Below, one piece after another: positions 37,177 to 45,016 of a stretch of DNA of 61,072 nucleotides. The DNA comes from Actinomycetota bacterium (GTDB taxonomy: Bacteria; Actinomycetota; Actinomycetes; JACCUZ01): assembly GCA_030841185.1 (NCBI GenBank), contig JAVEDB010000181.1, forward strand, positions 1 to 61,072, written 5' to 3'. A program made the position numbers and the translations under genes. The notes beneath the pieces were generated by a model. That model did no database searches. It had not been told where the DNA came from and worked only from the letters and a program-made list of their open reading frames with translations. How positions within the stretch are numbered: position 1 is the stretch's first letter; every line of letters starts with the position of its first letter.

Positions 37177-37700
37177 GTGTCCTTTCTCTGGCTACGGACC
37201 CGCCGGAACTCCGTCGCGTCCAGTCGCGTGTGCACGACCTCGACGTGTTCGCCGTCGACCACCCGGGTGTCCGAGCCGGTCTCCGTGAACCGGTGCCGGA
37301 GGTTCATGTTGCGAACAGCTTGGTTGGATGCAAGCACCTCGCCCTCCAGCACCTCCAGTCCCAGCTCGTCGAACGCGAACCGGACTGCCTCACGCTCGAT
37401 CGCCACCCAGACCGGAAGCAGCTCACCGCGTTCGGTGAGCCCGTCGATGTCCAGATAGAAGCCCCACCAGGCGGACCGGGCATCGGCGTCGATATCGAAG
37501 AATGTGACGACTCCGGACGGCACGTCCTTGCGCTCGTACACGAGCACCTTGCGGGTGCTGTCCTGCTGGACGGCTTCCCACCATCGGGCGTGCTCGTCGG
37601 CGGAGATGACGTGGCGGGTGAGGCTCGCCGCGCGCACGTCAGGGTGGTTGCGCCAGCGGAGAATGCTCTCCCGATCGCTGTCTGTCGCAGGGCGGAGCAC
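37173..37700 (-). CDS. pseH: GNAT N-acetyltransferase (PseH-type)
   Basis: LRPATDSDRESILRWRNHPDVR...H..WW. GTG at 37700 is preceded by GGAGG-N4, and a TTG at 37751 is the alternative start. The gene overlaps the pseI start by 4 nt. Confidence 0.7.
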   Translation of the reverse strand: MLRPATDSDRESILRWRNHPDVRAASLTRHVISADEHARWWEAVQQDSTRKVLVYERKDVPSGVVTFFDIDADARSAWWGFYLDIDGLTERGELLPVWVAIEREAVRFAFDELGLEVLEGEVLASNQAVRNMNLRHRFTETGSDTRVVDGEHVEVVHTRLDATEFRRVRSQRKDT

Positions 37701-37838
37701 GCTTCCTCCGTAGGCACGACGAGTGCGGGAAACACGTCGGATTGCGAGCAAGCGCGCGGCTGCGCAGGGTCCGACAGGGGGTGGTGACGTCGGCCCCTAG
37801 GCTACACTCACCGATGCCCTTTCCCCCCGCGAGGCAGG

Positions 37839-38093
37839 ATGATGAGCGCGCTCAGCAGAGACCAGGTTCGGGCCTTGATGGGTGACGTGCTCGCAGCTCA
37901 AGGCAAGGAGATGCCGTCCGAGGACGGAGCTTCGCTTCGCGAGATCGGGTTTCGGTCGCTCGACTTCTCCGAGCTCGCGCTCCGCGTCGAGGACGAGTAC
38001 GGCGGGGAACTGAACTTCGACGCCCCCGGCCTGCGCCAGATCGAGACCGTCGGCGACGTGCTCGACTTCCTCGAGCAGCTCCAGACGGCGTGA
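37839..38093 (+). CDS. Acyl/peptidyl carrier protein
   Basis: 84 aa and acidic. IGFRSLDFSELALRVE contains a carrier-protein Ser site in a helix-II-like context. Confidence 0.7.
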   Translation: MMSALSRDQVRALMGDVLAAQGKEMPSEDGASLREIGFRSLDFSELALRVEDEYGGELNFDAPGLRQIETVGDVLDFLEQLQTA

Positions 38094-39322
38094 CCGAGCC
38101 CGCCCTGTCCGACGCCCGCCCACTTCCGGTCGGGGCCGCCAACACCCTGGTGGCCCGTGGCTTCCGCGGCAGCTGGGCCGAGCTTCCCGACGTCCCACTG
38201 CCGCCCGTCGCTGCCGCACTCGTCGCCGACAACCTCGGTGCCGCGGCGGCAGTGTGGCAGCACGCGCGCACACCGCACGAGACACTTGTCGTCGCCGCCG
38301 CGCGAGTGGATGACGACATGGCCGATGCCCTCCGGCACGACGGCTTCGCCCTCGTGCGCGGCGAGCAGGTGGAGCCGCCCGACCCCCCTCGCTCCGCCGA
38401 AGCCGGTCGCGTCTGGCTGCTGACGAGCGGAAGCACCGGCCGGCCGAAGCGGGTCGCACACACCCTCGCCAGCCTGACGACGGTGGCGGGCGACCAGCCG
38501 CCGCGCCGGTGGCTCTGCCCCTACACCCCGGGCACCTACGCCTGGTGGCAGGTGGTCACTCTCTCGCTCGCCCACCCCCGGCAAGAGATCGTCTTCGTCG
38601 AGGGGAACGAGCTCGACGGGTGGCCCGAGCTGGCTCTGGCCGAAGGGGTGACCGCCGCATCCGGGACACCGACGTTCTGGCGCCAGGCGCTGTGGCGGTC
38701 CGGCGCAACCGTGAGCCGGCTGGCGCTCGAGCAGATCACCCTCGGCGGTGAGCCGGTCGACCAGGCGATCCTCGACCAGTTGCGCGCGTTGTTCCCGGAC
38801 GCGCGTATCTCGTGGATCTACGCGTCCAGCGAGGCCGGAGCCTCCATCGCCGTGCACGACGGGCGAGCAGGCTTCCCGGCAGGATGGCTGGACCGCGTCC
38901 TGCCGGGTCGACCGGGCCTGTCCGTCGACAACAATGAGCTGCTGATCGCCTCGCCCTGGAGCGCCGACGGCATGGCTGGGGTGATCCGGACCGGCGACCG
39001 GGTGGAGGTGCACGCTGACCGCGTCCTCATCACCGGCCGGGTCGCCTCGGACGAGATCAACGTCGGGGGCTCGAAGGCTTCGGCCGCAGAGGTCCGGCGG
39101 ATCCTGCTCGACCATCCAGACGTCGTCTGGGCCCAGGTGGGTGGCCGCAAGGCGCCCATCGTGGGCAACGTGGTGACGGCCGATGTCGTCGTCTCCGCAC
39201 CCGTGACTGAGCAGGAGCTCACGGCGTGGTCCGCGCAGCGCCTGCCCGACTACGCGGTCCCACGGCGGCTGCGCTTCCTGGACGCCATCCCGATCAAGGA
39301 GACGCTGAAGAGTGACGTCTGA
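38090..39322 (+). CDS. ANL-superfamily adenylate-forming ligase (compact, 410 aa)
   Basis: LLTSGSTGRPKRV (core A3), YASSEAG, and TGD...GRVASDEINVGGSK (A7/A8). GTG overlaps the carrier-protein stop. Confidence 0.8.
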   Translation: MTEPALSDARPLPVGAANTLVARGFRGSWAELPDVPLPPVAAALVADNLGAAAAVWQHARTPHETLVVAAARVDDDMADALRHDGFALVRGEQVEPPDPPRSAEAGRVWLLTSGSTGRPKRVAHTLASLTTVAGDQPPRRWLCPYTPGTYAWWQVVTLSLAHPRQEIVFVEGNELDGWPELALAEGVTAASGTPTFWRQALWRSGATVSRLALEQITLGGEPVDQAILDQLRALFPDARISWIYASSEAGASIAVHDGRAGFPAGWLDRVLPGRPGLSVDNNELLIASPWSADGMAGVIRTGDRVEVHADRVLITGRVASDEINVGGSKASAAEVRRILLDHPDVVWAQVGGRKAPIVGNVVTADVVVSAPVTEQELTAWSAQRLPDYAVPRRLRFLDAIPIKETLKSDV

Positions 39323-40064
39323 CGCCTCCGGGCCCATCCCCCCCGCGACCTGCGTGCTCGTGTCCGGCGGTTCCCGCGGGCTGGGCCTCGCCATCGTCAC
39401 CGATGCACTCGCCCGGGGCGCCAAGGTCGCGACGTTCGCACGAACCGTCACCCCGGAGCTCGAGAAGCTCGCGGCCGAGCACCCCGACGACGTGCACGTC
39501 GGCTCGGTCGACGTCACCGATGCGGGCGCCGTCGCCACCTTCGTGCGCGAAGCAGCGGCACATCTCGGCCCTATCGACGCGCTGGTCAACAACGCCGCGG
39601 TGGGTCAGGACAGCCTGCACATCCACACCTCGCCGGAGCGCATCGCCGACATCGTCACGACCAACCTCACCGCACCGCTGCTGCTCACCCGGGCGGTGCT
39701 GCGCCACATCATGGCCAAGGGCTCCCGCGGCAGGGTCGTGATGGTGACTTCGGTCTGCGCGCAGCGGGGATACTCCGGTCTGGTCGCCTACGCGGCAACC
39801 AAGGGTGGCCTCGAGGCGGCGGCCCGCACGCTGGCACGCGAGATGCACGGCCGGGTGTACGTCAACTGCGTGGCCCCTGGCTTCTTCGCCTCGGAGATGT
39901 CCTCCGTGCTGGGCACCTCGGAACTGGACACCATCACGCGACGCACGCCGTCGGGTCGGCTGGTGGAGCCCGAGAACATCGTGCCGGTCGTACGGACCCT
40001 GCTCTTCGAGGACACGAACATCAACGGTCAGGTGCTCACCGTGGACGGCGGCTCGAGCATCTGA
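39312..40064 (+). CDS. SDR-family ketoreductase (FabG-like)
   Basis: VLVSGGSRGLGLAI, NNAAVG, and S...YAATKGG (YxxxK). The start overlaps the ligase gene end by 11 nt. Confidence 0.85.
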   Translation: MTSDASGPIPPATCVLVSGGSRGLGLAIVTDALARGAKVATFARTVTPELEKLAAEHPDDVHVGSVDVTDAGAVATFVREAAAHLGPIDALVNNAAVGQDSLHIHTSPERIADIVTTNLTAPLLLTRAVLRHIMAKGSRGRVVMVTSVCAQRGYSGLVAYAATKGGLEAAARTLAREMHGRVYVNCVAPGFFASEMSSVLGTSELDTITRRTPSGRLVEPENIVPVVRTLLFEDTNINGQVLTVDGGSSI

Positions 40065-40510
40065 TGGGGCCAGACGCCCTCGTGGACTACGTCCTGCGCC
40101 AAACCGAGATCTCGGTGACCGACGCGACTGACACAACGAGACGGGTCTCCCCTGCCCGCAGCTACCTCGGCGACGGTCGCTGCGTCAGCTGGTGGCCGAA
40201 GCGCCCAGTCGGCGTCCGGGTCGCCGTCGACGCGGAGATCGTCGGAGTTCCCGTTCCCCCCGCGCTACGCCGACGTTTCGGTGTGACCGACCCGGCGTTG
40301 TTCTGGCCAACGTGGACCGCCGTCGAGGTTTCCTGCAAACTGCGGGACGTCCCGGTCCTTCAGTGGCTCGCCACCCACGGACTACAGCCGGACCCGACGA
40401 TCGCCACCCGCACCGTCCGGCTCGGGGACGCCGTGGTCTGCCTCGGAGCGCTCAGCTCTCTTCCTCTAGCCGGTGCGCCAGCCGCCGGACGAGGAGCTTC
40501 GCGCGGGTGA
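40064..40510 (+). CDS. Small divergent 4'-phosphopantetheinyl-transferase-like protein
   Basis: 148 aa. VAVDAE (D-x-E) and WTAVEVSCK (W-x3-E-x3-K) have the same spacing as the PPTase P2 and P3 motifs. The ATG shares 1 nt with the SDR TGA. Confidence 0.4.
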   Translation: MGPDALVDYVLRQTEISVTDATDTTRRVSPARSYLGDGRCVSWWPKRPVGVRVAVDAEIVGVPVPPALRRRFGVTDPALFWPTWTAVEVSCKLRDVPVLQWLATHGLQPDPTIATRTVRLGDAVVCLGALSSLPLAGAPAAGRGASRG

Positions 40511-42395
40511 TGTAGCCCGCGGGGATGGCCGACAGGGCCACTCGACGCGCTCCCTGGACGAGGGCACGCACCGGCCACGTGAAGAACCGCCCGATCCGGA
40601 AGCTCATCGAGCCGGTGATGGAGGACACCTGCTTCTCCAGGGTCCCCACCCGGCGGTCGCGGGCCCGCAGCGTTGCCTCCAGCCATTCCACCTGGGCGTC
40701 TCGCTCGTTCAGCGCCTGAGCCATCCGCCAGCTGGCGGCAAGAGCCTCCCGGTAACCGCGGGACGGACCAGCGGTGGCGACGAGCTGGGACCGGCCACGC
40801 TCGAGATTCAGCGAATAGGCCATGGACTCGTTGACAGCGTCACCGCCACCGATGACCACCTCGAGCTCGGCCTCCGCGCGGGCGACCTGGTCGGCGTACT
40901 GCCCGGACCAGGCGATGCCTGTCATCGATAGCAGCGTCTGGGTCAGCTCGTCGGGGCTGATGACGGCCGCCCACGGGTGCTCGCCGCCGGAGCGGAGCAG
41001 CCGGCGGGCGAAGTCACGCAGGCCACGGACCAGCAGGACCTCGCCGGTCATCGGGGCGGTGAACTGCCAGGTCCGGTCGAAGCAGACGAGGCTGTCCTCA
41101 CCAACGATCACGTTCGACGGCACCGCGAAGAAGCGGGAGGCCGAATCGTCGCCGACCCAACCCTTCTCGTCGAGCAGCCAATCGGCGTAGCGCTGGACGA
41201 GATGCCGGATGCGTGCGATGTCGCCTGAGGCACACGCTCGCCGGAGCAAGGCTTCCAAGGTGAAGTCCCCCGGCGGAGGGGCCGGGTCGATGCGGTTGAA
41301 GTCGCGCACGACATTGCGCTCGCGCATCTCCGTGGCAACCGAGGTCGGGTGCACCTCTCGCGCCCACTCGCCGTCCCGGCGCTCGATCGTCGTGAGGACG
41401 CGCCACTCCGGTCGGCCCGAGTCACCGGTGGCAATCAGCGCCGGGAGCTCCGGCTGTGCGTCGTCGGCCTCCGCGGCCGCAGCCGCCGAGGAGTGCCGGG
41501 CGATGACCAGCCAGGCGGGAGCGAGCTCGACCGCCAGTCCGCTCTGGAAGATGCGGAGAGCGAGGTCGTAGGGATCGAGGAGTGACGGTTGATCGGCGAA
41601 GTGCTCCATCTCCTCCTGCGCGGCGAGCGCCGCCGCCGAGGCCCGTACAGCCGGGTCGTTGACCGCGTCTCGAGCGACGAGCATCGACAGTGACTCGGCA
41701 GCGGGGAAGGCTGCGTAGACCGACTCCGCCTCGAGGTCGGCCGCGACCAGGGCGTCGCGCAGCTCGCTGTAGTAGAGCGGCCGGTCGTCGAACCCCGGTG
41801 CCCCGCGGTACCACTTGTCGTCGGCGTCGTACAGGTCGCGAACCTCGAGCCGGAAGAGACGGTCGAAGCCGAGGTCGTTCGCCACGGTCGCGAACAGGGT
41901 GCCCTCCGGGGAGAGCCATTTCGACAGCCGCCGCAGGACCTCCTGGTGGGACAGACCGTCCGAGTCGGGCGAGAGCAGGGTCTCCGGGCCGTCGAGAGAG
42001 ACCACGAGGTCGTAGTTGTGCTCCGGCTCGAAACGGTCGAGCGCGCCGCAGTAGATCGTCACGCCCGGCCGCAGCTGACTCAGCGTCGAGAGCTGGCGGG
42101 CGTCCGGCAGCCCACGGAGGAGCACGTCGATCTTGGCTTCCCCAGGCAGCCCCTGGATCACATCGGTGGCACGGGGGCCGAGGACGAGAACGCGGCCGGC
42201 GGAACACCCGTTGCGGACGGCCTCCCTGAGCAGGTAGGTGGCTGCGCCGGAGGAGGAACCGCGGGCCAGGTCGGACCACAGGAGCATCTCGCCACCGACG
42301 AGCCGGGCCCCCGAGACACGGTCCACCTGGTGGGTGCTCAACGTCTGTCCTTCCGCCTGTGGCCGATGCATGTCCCGGCCTGTTCGCTGCGTCAC
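40452..42395 (-). CDS. Large protein with N-terminal class I methyltransferase-like domain and C-terminal coiled-coil/amphipathic tail
   Basis: 647 aa. GRVLVLGPRATD...DLVVSLDG...LSPEGTLF suggests a Rossmann-type MTase, and the C-terminus is rich in heptad-like helices. Its 3' end overlaps 40064-40510 by 59 nt, convergently. Confidence 0.5.
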   Translation of the reverse strand: MTQRTGRDMHRPQAEGQTLSTHQVDRVSGARLVGGEMLLWSDLARGSSSGAATYLLREAVRNGCSAGRVLVLGPRATDVIQGLPGEAKIDVLLRGLPDARQLSTLSQLRPGVTIYCGALDRFEPEHNYDLVVSLDGPETLLSPDSDGLSHQEVLRRLSKWLSPEGTLFATVANDLGFDRLFRLEVRDLYDADDKWYRGAPGFDDRPLYYSELRDALVAADLEAESVYAAFPAAESLSMLVARDAVNDPAVRASAAALAAQEEMEHFADQPSLLDPYDLALRIFQSGLAVELAPAWLVIARHSSAAAAAEADDAQPELPALIATGDSGRPEWRVLTTIERRDGEWAREVHPTSVATEMRERNVVRDFNRIDPAPPPGDFTLEALLRRACASGDIARIRHLVQRYADWLLDEKGWVGDDSASRFFAVPSNVIVGEDSLVCFDRTWQFTAPMTGEVLLVRGLRDFARRLLRSGGEHPWAAVISPDELTQTLLSMTGIAWSGQYADQVARAEAELEVVIGGGDAVNESMAYSLNLERGRSQLVATAGPSRGYREALAASWRMAQALNERDAQVEWLEATLRARDRRVGTLEKQVSSITGSMSFRIGRFFTWPVRALVQGARRVALSAIPAGYITRAKLLVRRLAHRLEEES

Positions 42396-42492
42396 ATGCT
42401 AAGGGACCGGGGGGCCTGAGCCGGTCACGGGACGGTCGCCTGGCTGCCGTAGGTTCATCGGCGGACCAGTGCCCCCCGCGTGAGGAGACCAC

Positions 42493-43365
42493 GTGAAGAT
42501 CGCCGTCCATCTGCCCCGGTTCACCTACCCGGGTGGTCCCCCGACGTTGGCGCAGGATCTGGCCCGGATCGCGGCCGCGGCCGAAACCGCCGGAGTGAGC
42601 CGTCTCAGCGTCATGGACCATGTGTGGCAGATCGGTCCGCATGGTCCTGTCGAGCAGGAGATGCTCGAGGCCTACACGACCCTCGGTTTCCTCGCCGCGC
42701 ACACGTCGCGTGTCGAGTTGCTGACGCTGGTCACCGGGGTGACGTACCGCGACCCGGGCTTGCTGACGAAGATGGTGAGCACCCTGGACGTGCTGTCCGA
42801 TGGCCGAGCGATGCTCGGCATCGGTGCCGCGTGGAACGAGGAGGAGTCGCGCGGCCTCGGCTTGTTCTTCCCGCCGACCGCCGAGCGGTTCGAACGGCTC
42901 GAGGAGACGCTGCAGATCGCCCTGCAGATGTGGTCGGGCGAGGAGGGCCCGTACGACGGGAAGCACTACCGACTGAGCCGAACCCTCAACTCCCCACAGC
43001 CGTTGAGAAAGCCCCATCCCCCGATCCTGATCGGCGGTGGCGGGGAGAAGAAGACCCTGCTGCTCGTCGCTCGGTATGCCCAGGCGTGCAACCTCTTCAG
43101 CGGCCCCGAGCTCGCGCACAAGCTCGACGTGTTGCGCGAGCACTGTGAACGCGAGGGCCGTGACTACGACGAGATCGAGAAGACCGTGGTCCTGCCGTTC
43201 GACGTCGGTCGCGACGGTGAGCGGGTCGGGCAGACCCTGAACGACCTGCGCGGGCTGGCCGATCTCGGCGTACACGTGGCACACGGCCGGGTGGAGAACG
43301 TGCAGGACATCCGGCCGCTCGAGATCCTTGGCGAAAAGGTGGTGCCCGTCGTGGCGGACTGGTGA
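42493..43365 (+). CDS. LLM-class (luciferase-like) F420-dependent oxidoreductase
   Basis: SVMDHV...YTTLGFLAAHT...LGIGAAWNEEE...PPILIGGGGEKKTL motifs. Confidence 0.8.
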   Translation: MKIAVHLPRFTYPGGPPTLAQDLARIAAAAETAGVSRLSVMDHVWQIGPHGPVEQEMLEAYTTLGFLAAHTSRVELLTLVTGVTYRDPGLLTKMVSTLDVLSDGRAMLGIGAAWNEEESRGLGLFFPPTAERFERLEETLQIALQMWSGEEGPYDGKHYRLSRTLNSPQPLRKPHPPILIGGGGEKKTLLLVARYAQACNLFSGPELAHKLDVLREHCEREGRDYDEIEKTVVLPFDVGRDGERVGQTLNDLRGLADLGVHVAHGRVENVQDIRPLEILGEKVVPVVADW

Positions 43366-43498
43366 CCCGACCGGGCGTGACCGTTGTGCCGTTCGTTCAG
43401 TGTTCACCCAGGTGTCGCCCGTCGGATGACCAGCCGCGCCGGAGCTTGCCTAGCGTCGGTGCCGTTCGCGTCTCGGCGGACTCCTAGGGAGGACATAG

Positions 43499-44893
43499 AT
43501 GTCGATCTTCACCAAGCGTCGACTTGCGGTGGTCGCGGCGGTCAGCGCCGCAGTCGTGTCCGCGGGCACTTGCCCGGCGCTCGCCGCCGCCGGAGGAACC
43601 ACCGGACCGAGCAGCAGCGACGCGCCGTACCTCGTGCGTCACGTCCCGGGCGTCACCCTCACCAGTCTGCTCACCGCAGGCGACTCGGTGGGCGGCTACC
43701 GGATGGCGGGTACGCCGGACGGCCTGGGTGCCTTCGACAACGGCGACGGGACCTTCACGGTCCTGATGAACCACGAGTTCACCGCCGCGTCGAGCGTGCC
43801 TCGGTCGCACGGCAACACGGGAGGTTCGTTCGTCTCACGCTGGGTCATCGACAAGACGACCCTGCGGGTCCTCTCCGGTCGTGACCAGATCACGAACCTC
43901 ATCCTTGCCAGCCCGACCGGCTCCAAGGACCTCAACCGGTTGTGCTCGGCGGACCTGCCTGCCCTCAGCGCGTTCTACAACCCGGCCACGGGTCTCGGCT
44001 ACAACGGCCGGATCTTCATGGACGGTGAGGAGAGTGCGCCGACAGGTCGTGCCTTCGGCCATGTCGTCTCGACCGGGGACAGTTACGAGCTCTCGGCGCT
44101 CGGCCTGGCGGGCTGGGAGAACCTCCTGGCGAACCCGGCCACCGGTGACCGCACCGTGGTGGTCGGCCAGAGCGACGGCGGGAGCCAGAACGTATACGTC
44201 TACGCGGGCACCAAGCAGAGCACCGGTACGCCGGTCGAGAAGGCCGGCCTGACCAACGGCGTACGGAAGGCCATCACGGTCACCGGCCACCTGACGGAGA
44301 GCGGCGCCGTCGACTTCCCGAGCACCGCCCAGCCGTTCACGCTGACGGACTCCGGCACGGCGTTCGACCGTCCCGAGGACGGCGCCTGGGACCCCAGCCA
44401 CCCGAACGACTACTACTTCGTGACCACGGCCAGCATGAGCAAGCACAGCCGACTGTGGCGGGCCAGTTTCGTCGACGCCAGCCAGCCCGAGCTCGGCGGC
44501 ACCATCACCAAGGTGCTCGAAGGACCCACTGACGACAGCCCCAGCTCGGTCGGACCGAAGATGATGGACAACATCACCGTCACGAACCGCGGCCAGATCG
44601 TCATCCTGGAGGACCCGGGCGACAACGCCTACCTCGCGGGCGTCTACCAGTACGACATCGCCAGCGGCACGGCCCGGCGGATCGCGGACCACGACCCGCA
44701 GCGGTTCACGCCGGGTGGTGCGTACTTCGACACCATCGACGAGGAGTCCTCGGGAGTCATCCCGGCGCCGTTCCTCGGCGAGGGGAAGTTCCTGTTCGAC
44801 GACCAGAACCACACCAAGGTCGCCGACCCGGCGATCGTCGAGAAGGGGCAGCTGCTCCTGCTGACCGTCCCGCCAGGGCAGCCGTTGAGCTAG
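43499..44893 (+). CDS. Secreted PhoX/DUF839-like protein (possible Tat signal)
   Basis: The N-terminus TKRRLAVVAA...ALA looks like a signal peptide. PDGLGAFDNGDGTFTVLMNHE and DRPEDGAWDP...DNITV...ILEDPG resemble the PhoX-type beta-propeller phosphatase family. Confidence 0.5.
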   Translation: MSIFTKRRLAVVAAVSAAVVSAGTCPALAAAGGTTGPSSSDAPYLVRHVPGVTLTSLLTAGDSVGGYRMAGTPDGLGAFDNGDGTFTVLMNHEFTAASSVPRSHGNTGGSFVSRWVIDKTTLRVLSGRDQITNLILASPTGSKDLNRLCSADLPALSAFYNPATGLGYNGRIFMDGEESAPTGRAFGHVVSTGDSYELSALGLAGWENLLANPATGDRTVVVGQSDGGSQNVYVYAGTKQSTGTPVEKAGLTNGVRKAITVTGHLTESGAVDFPSTAQPFTLTDSGTAFDRPEDGAWDPSHPNDYYFVTTASMSKHSRLWRASFVDASQPELGGTITKVLEGPTDDSPSSVGPKMMDNITVTNRGQIVILEDPGDNAYLAGVYQYDIASGTARRIADHDPQRFTPGGAYFDTIDEESSGVIPAPFLGEGKFLFDDQNHTKVADPAIVEKGQLLLLTVPPGQPLS

Positions 44894-44899
44894 CCAGCA

Positions 44900-44940
44900 G
44901 CAACGAGGGGTGGGTGCCGAGCGCACCCACCCCTCGTTGC
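44900..44940 (+). terminator. Intrinsic-terminator-like hairpin (18-bp perfect stem, 5-nt loop)
   Basis: GCAACGAGGGGTGGGTGC (44900-44917) pairs with GCACCCACCCCTCGTTGC (44923-44940) around the loop CGAGC. It starts 7 nt after the TAG stop. There is no U-tract, which is common in high-GC actinobacteria. Confidence 0.65.
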
Positions 44941-44967
44941 GTGCTCAGGTTGTCCCCGACGGAGCCG

Positions 44968-44991
44968 TCTACTACTGTCCCGATAGTAGTG
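44968..44991. promoter_or_regulatory. Palindromic operator box TCTACTACT-N6-ATAGTAGTG (copy 2)
   Basis: Both 9-nt half-sites and the spacing match 18228-18251 exactly. It lies 25 nt upstream of the uppP ATG, between the terminator and the SD (GAGGAG). Confidence 0.6.
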
Positions 44992-45016
44992 CCTACCGAC
45001 TGAGGAGCTCTCTCCC

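Noticed and set aside
22418-37751. Mobile genomic island, prophage or integrative element carrying the glycan genes
   Set aside because: I found no integrase, transposase, tRNA attachment site or flanking direct/inverted repeats. Only compositional mosaicism remains, and that is reported as a low-interest finding.
41422-43407. 661-aa minus-strand ORF spanning the methyltransferase-domain gene and the LLM oxidoreductase
   Set aside because: It crosses an intergenic region and two well-supported genes on different strands. The translation is low-complexity and Arg/Pro-rich.
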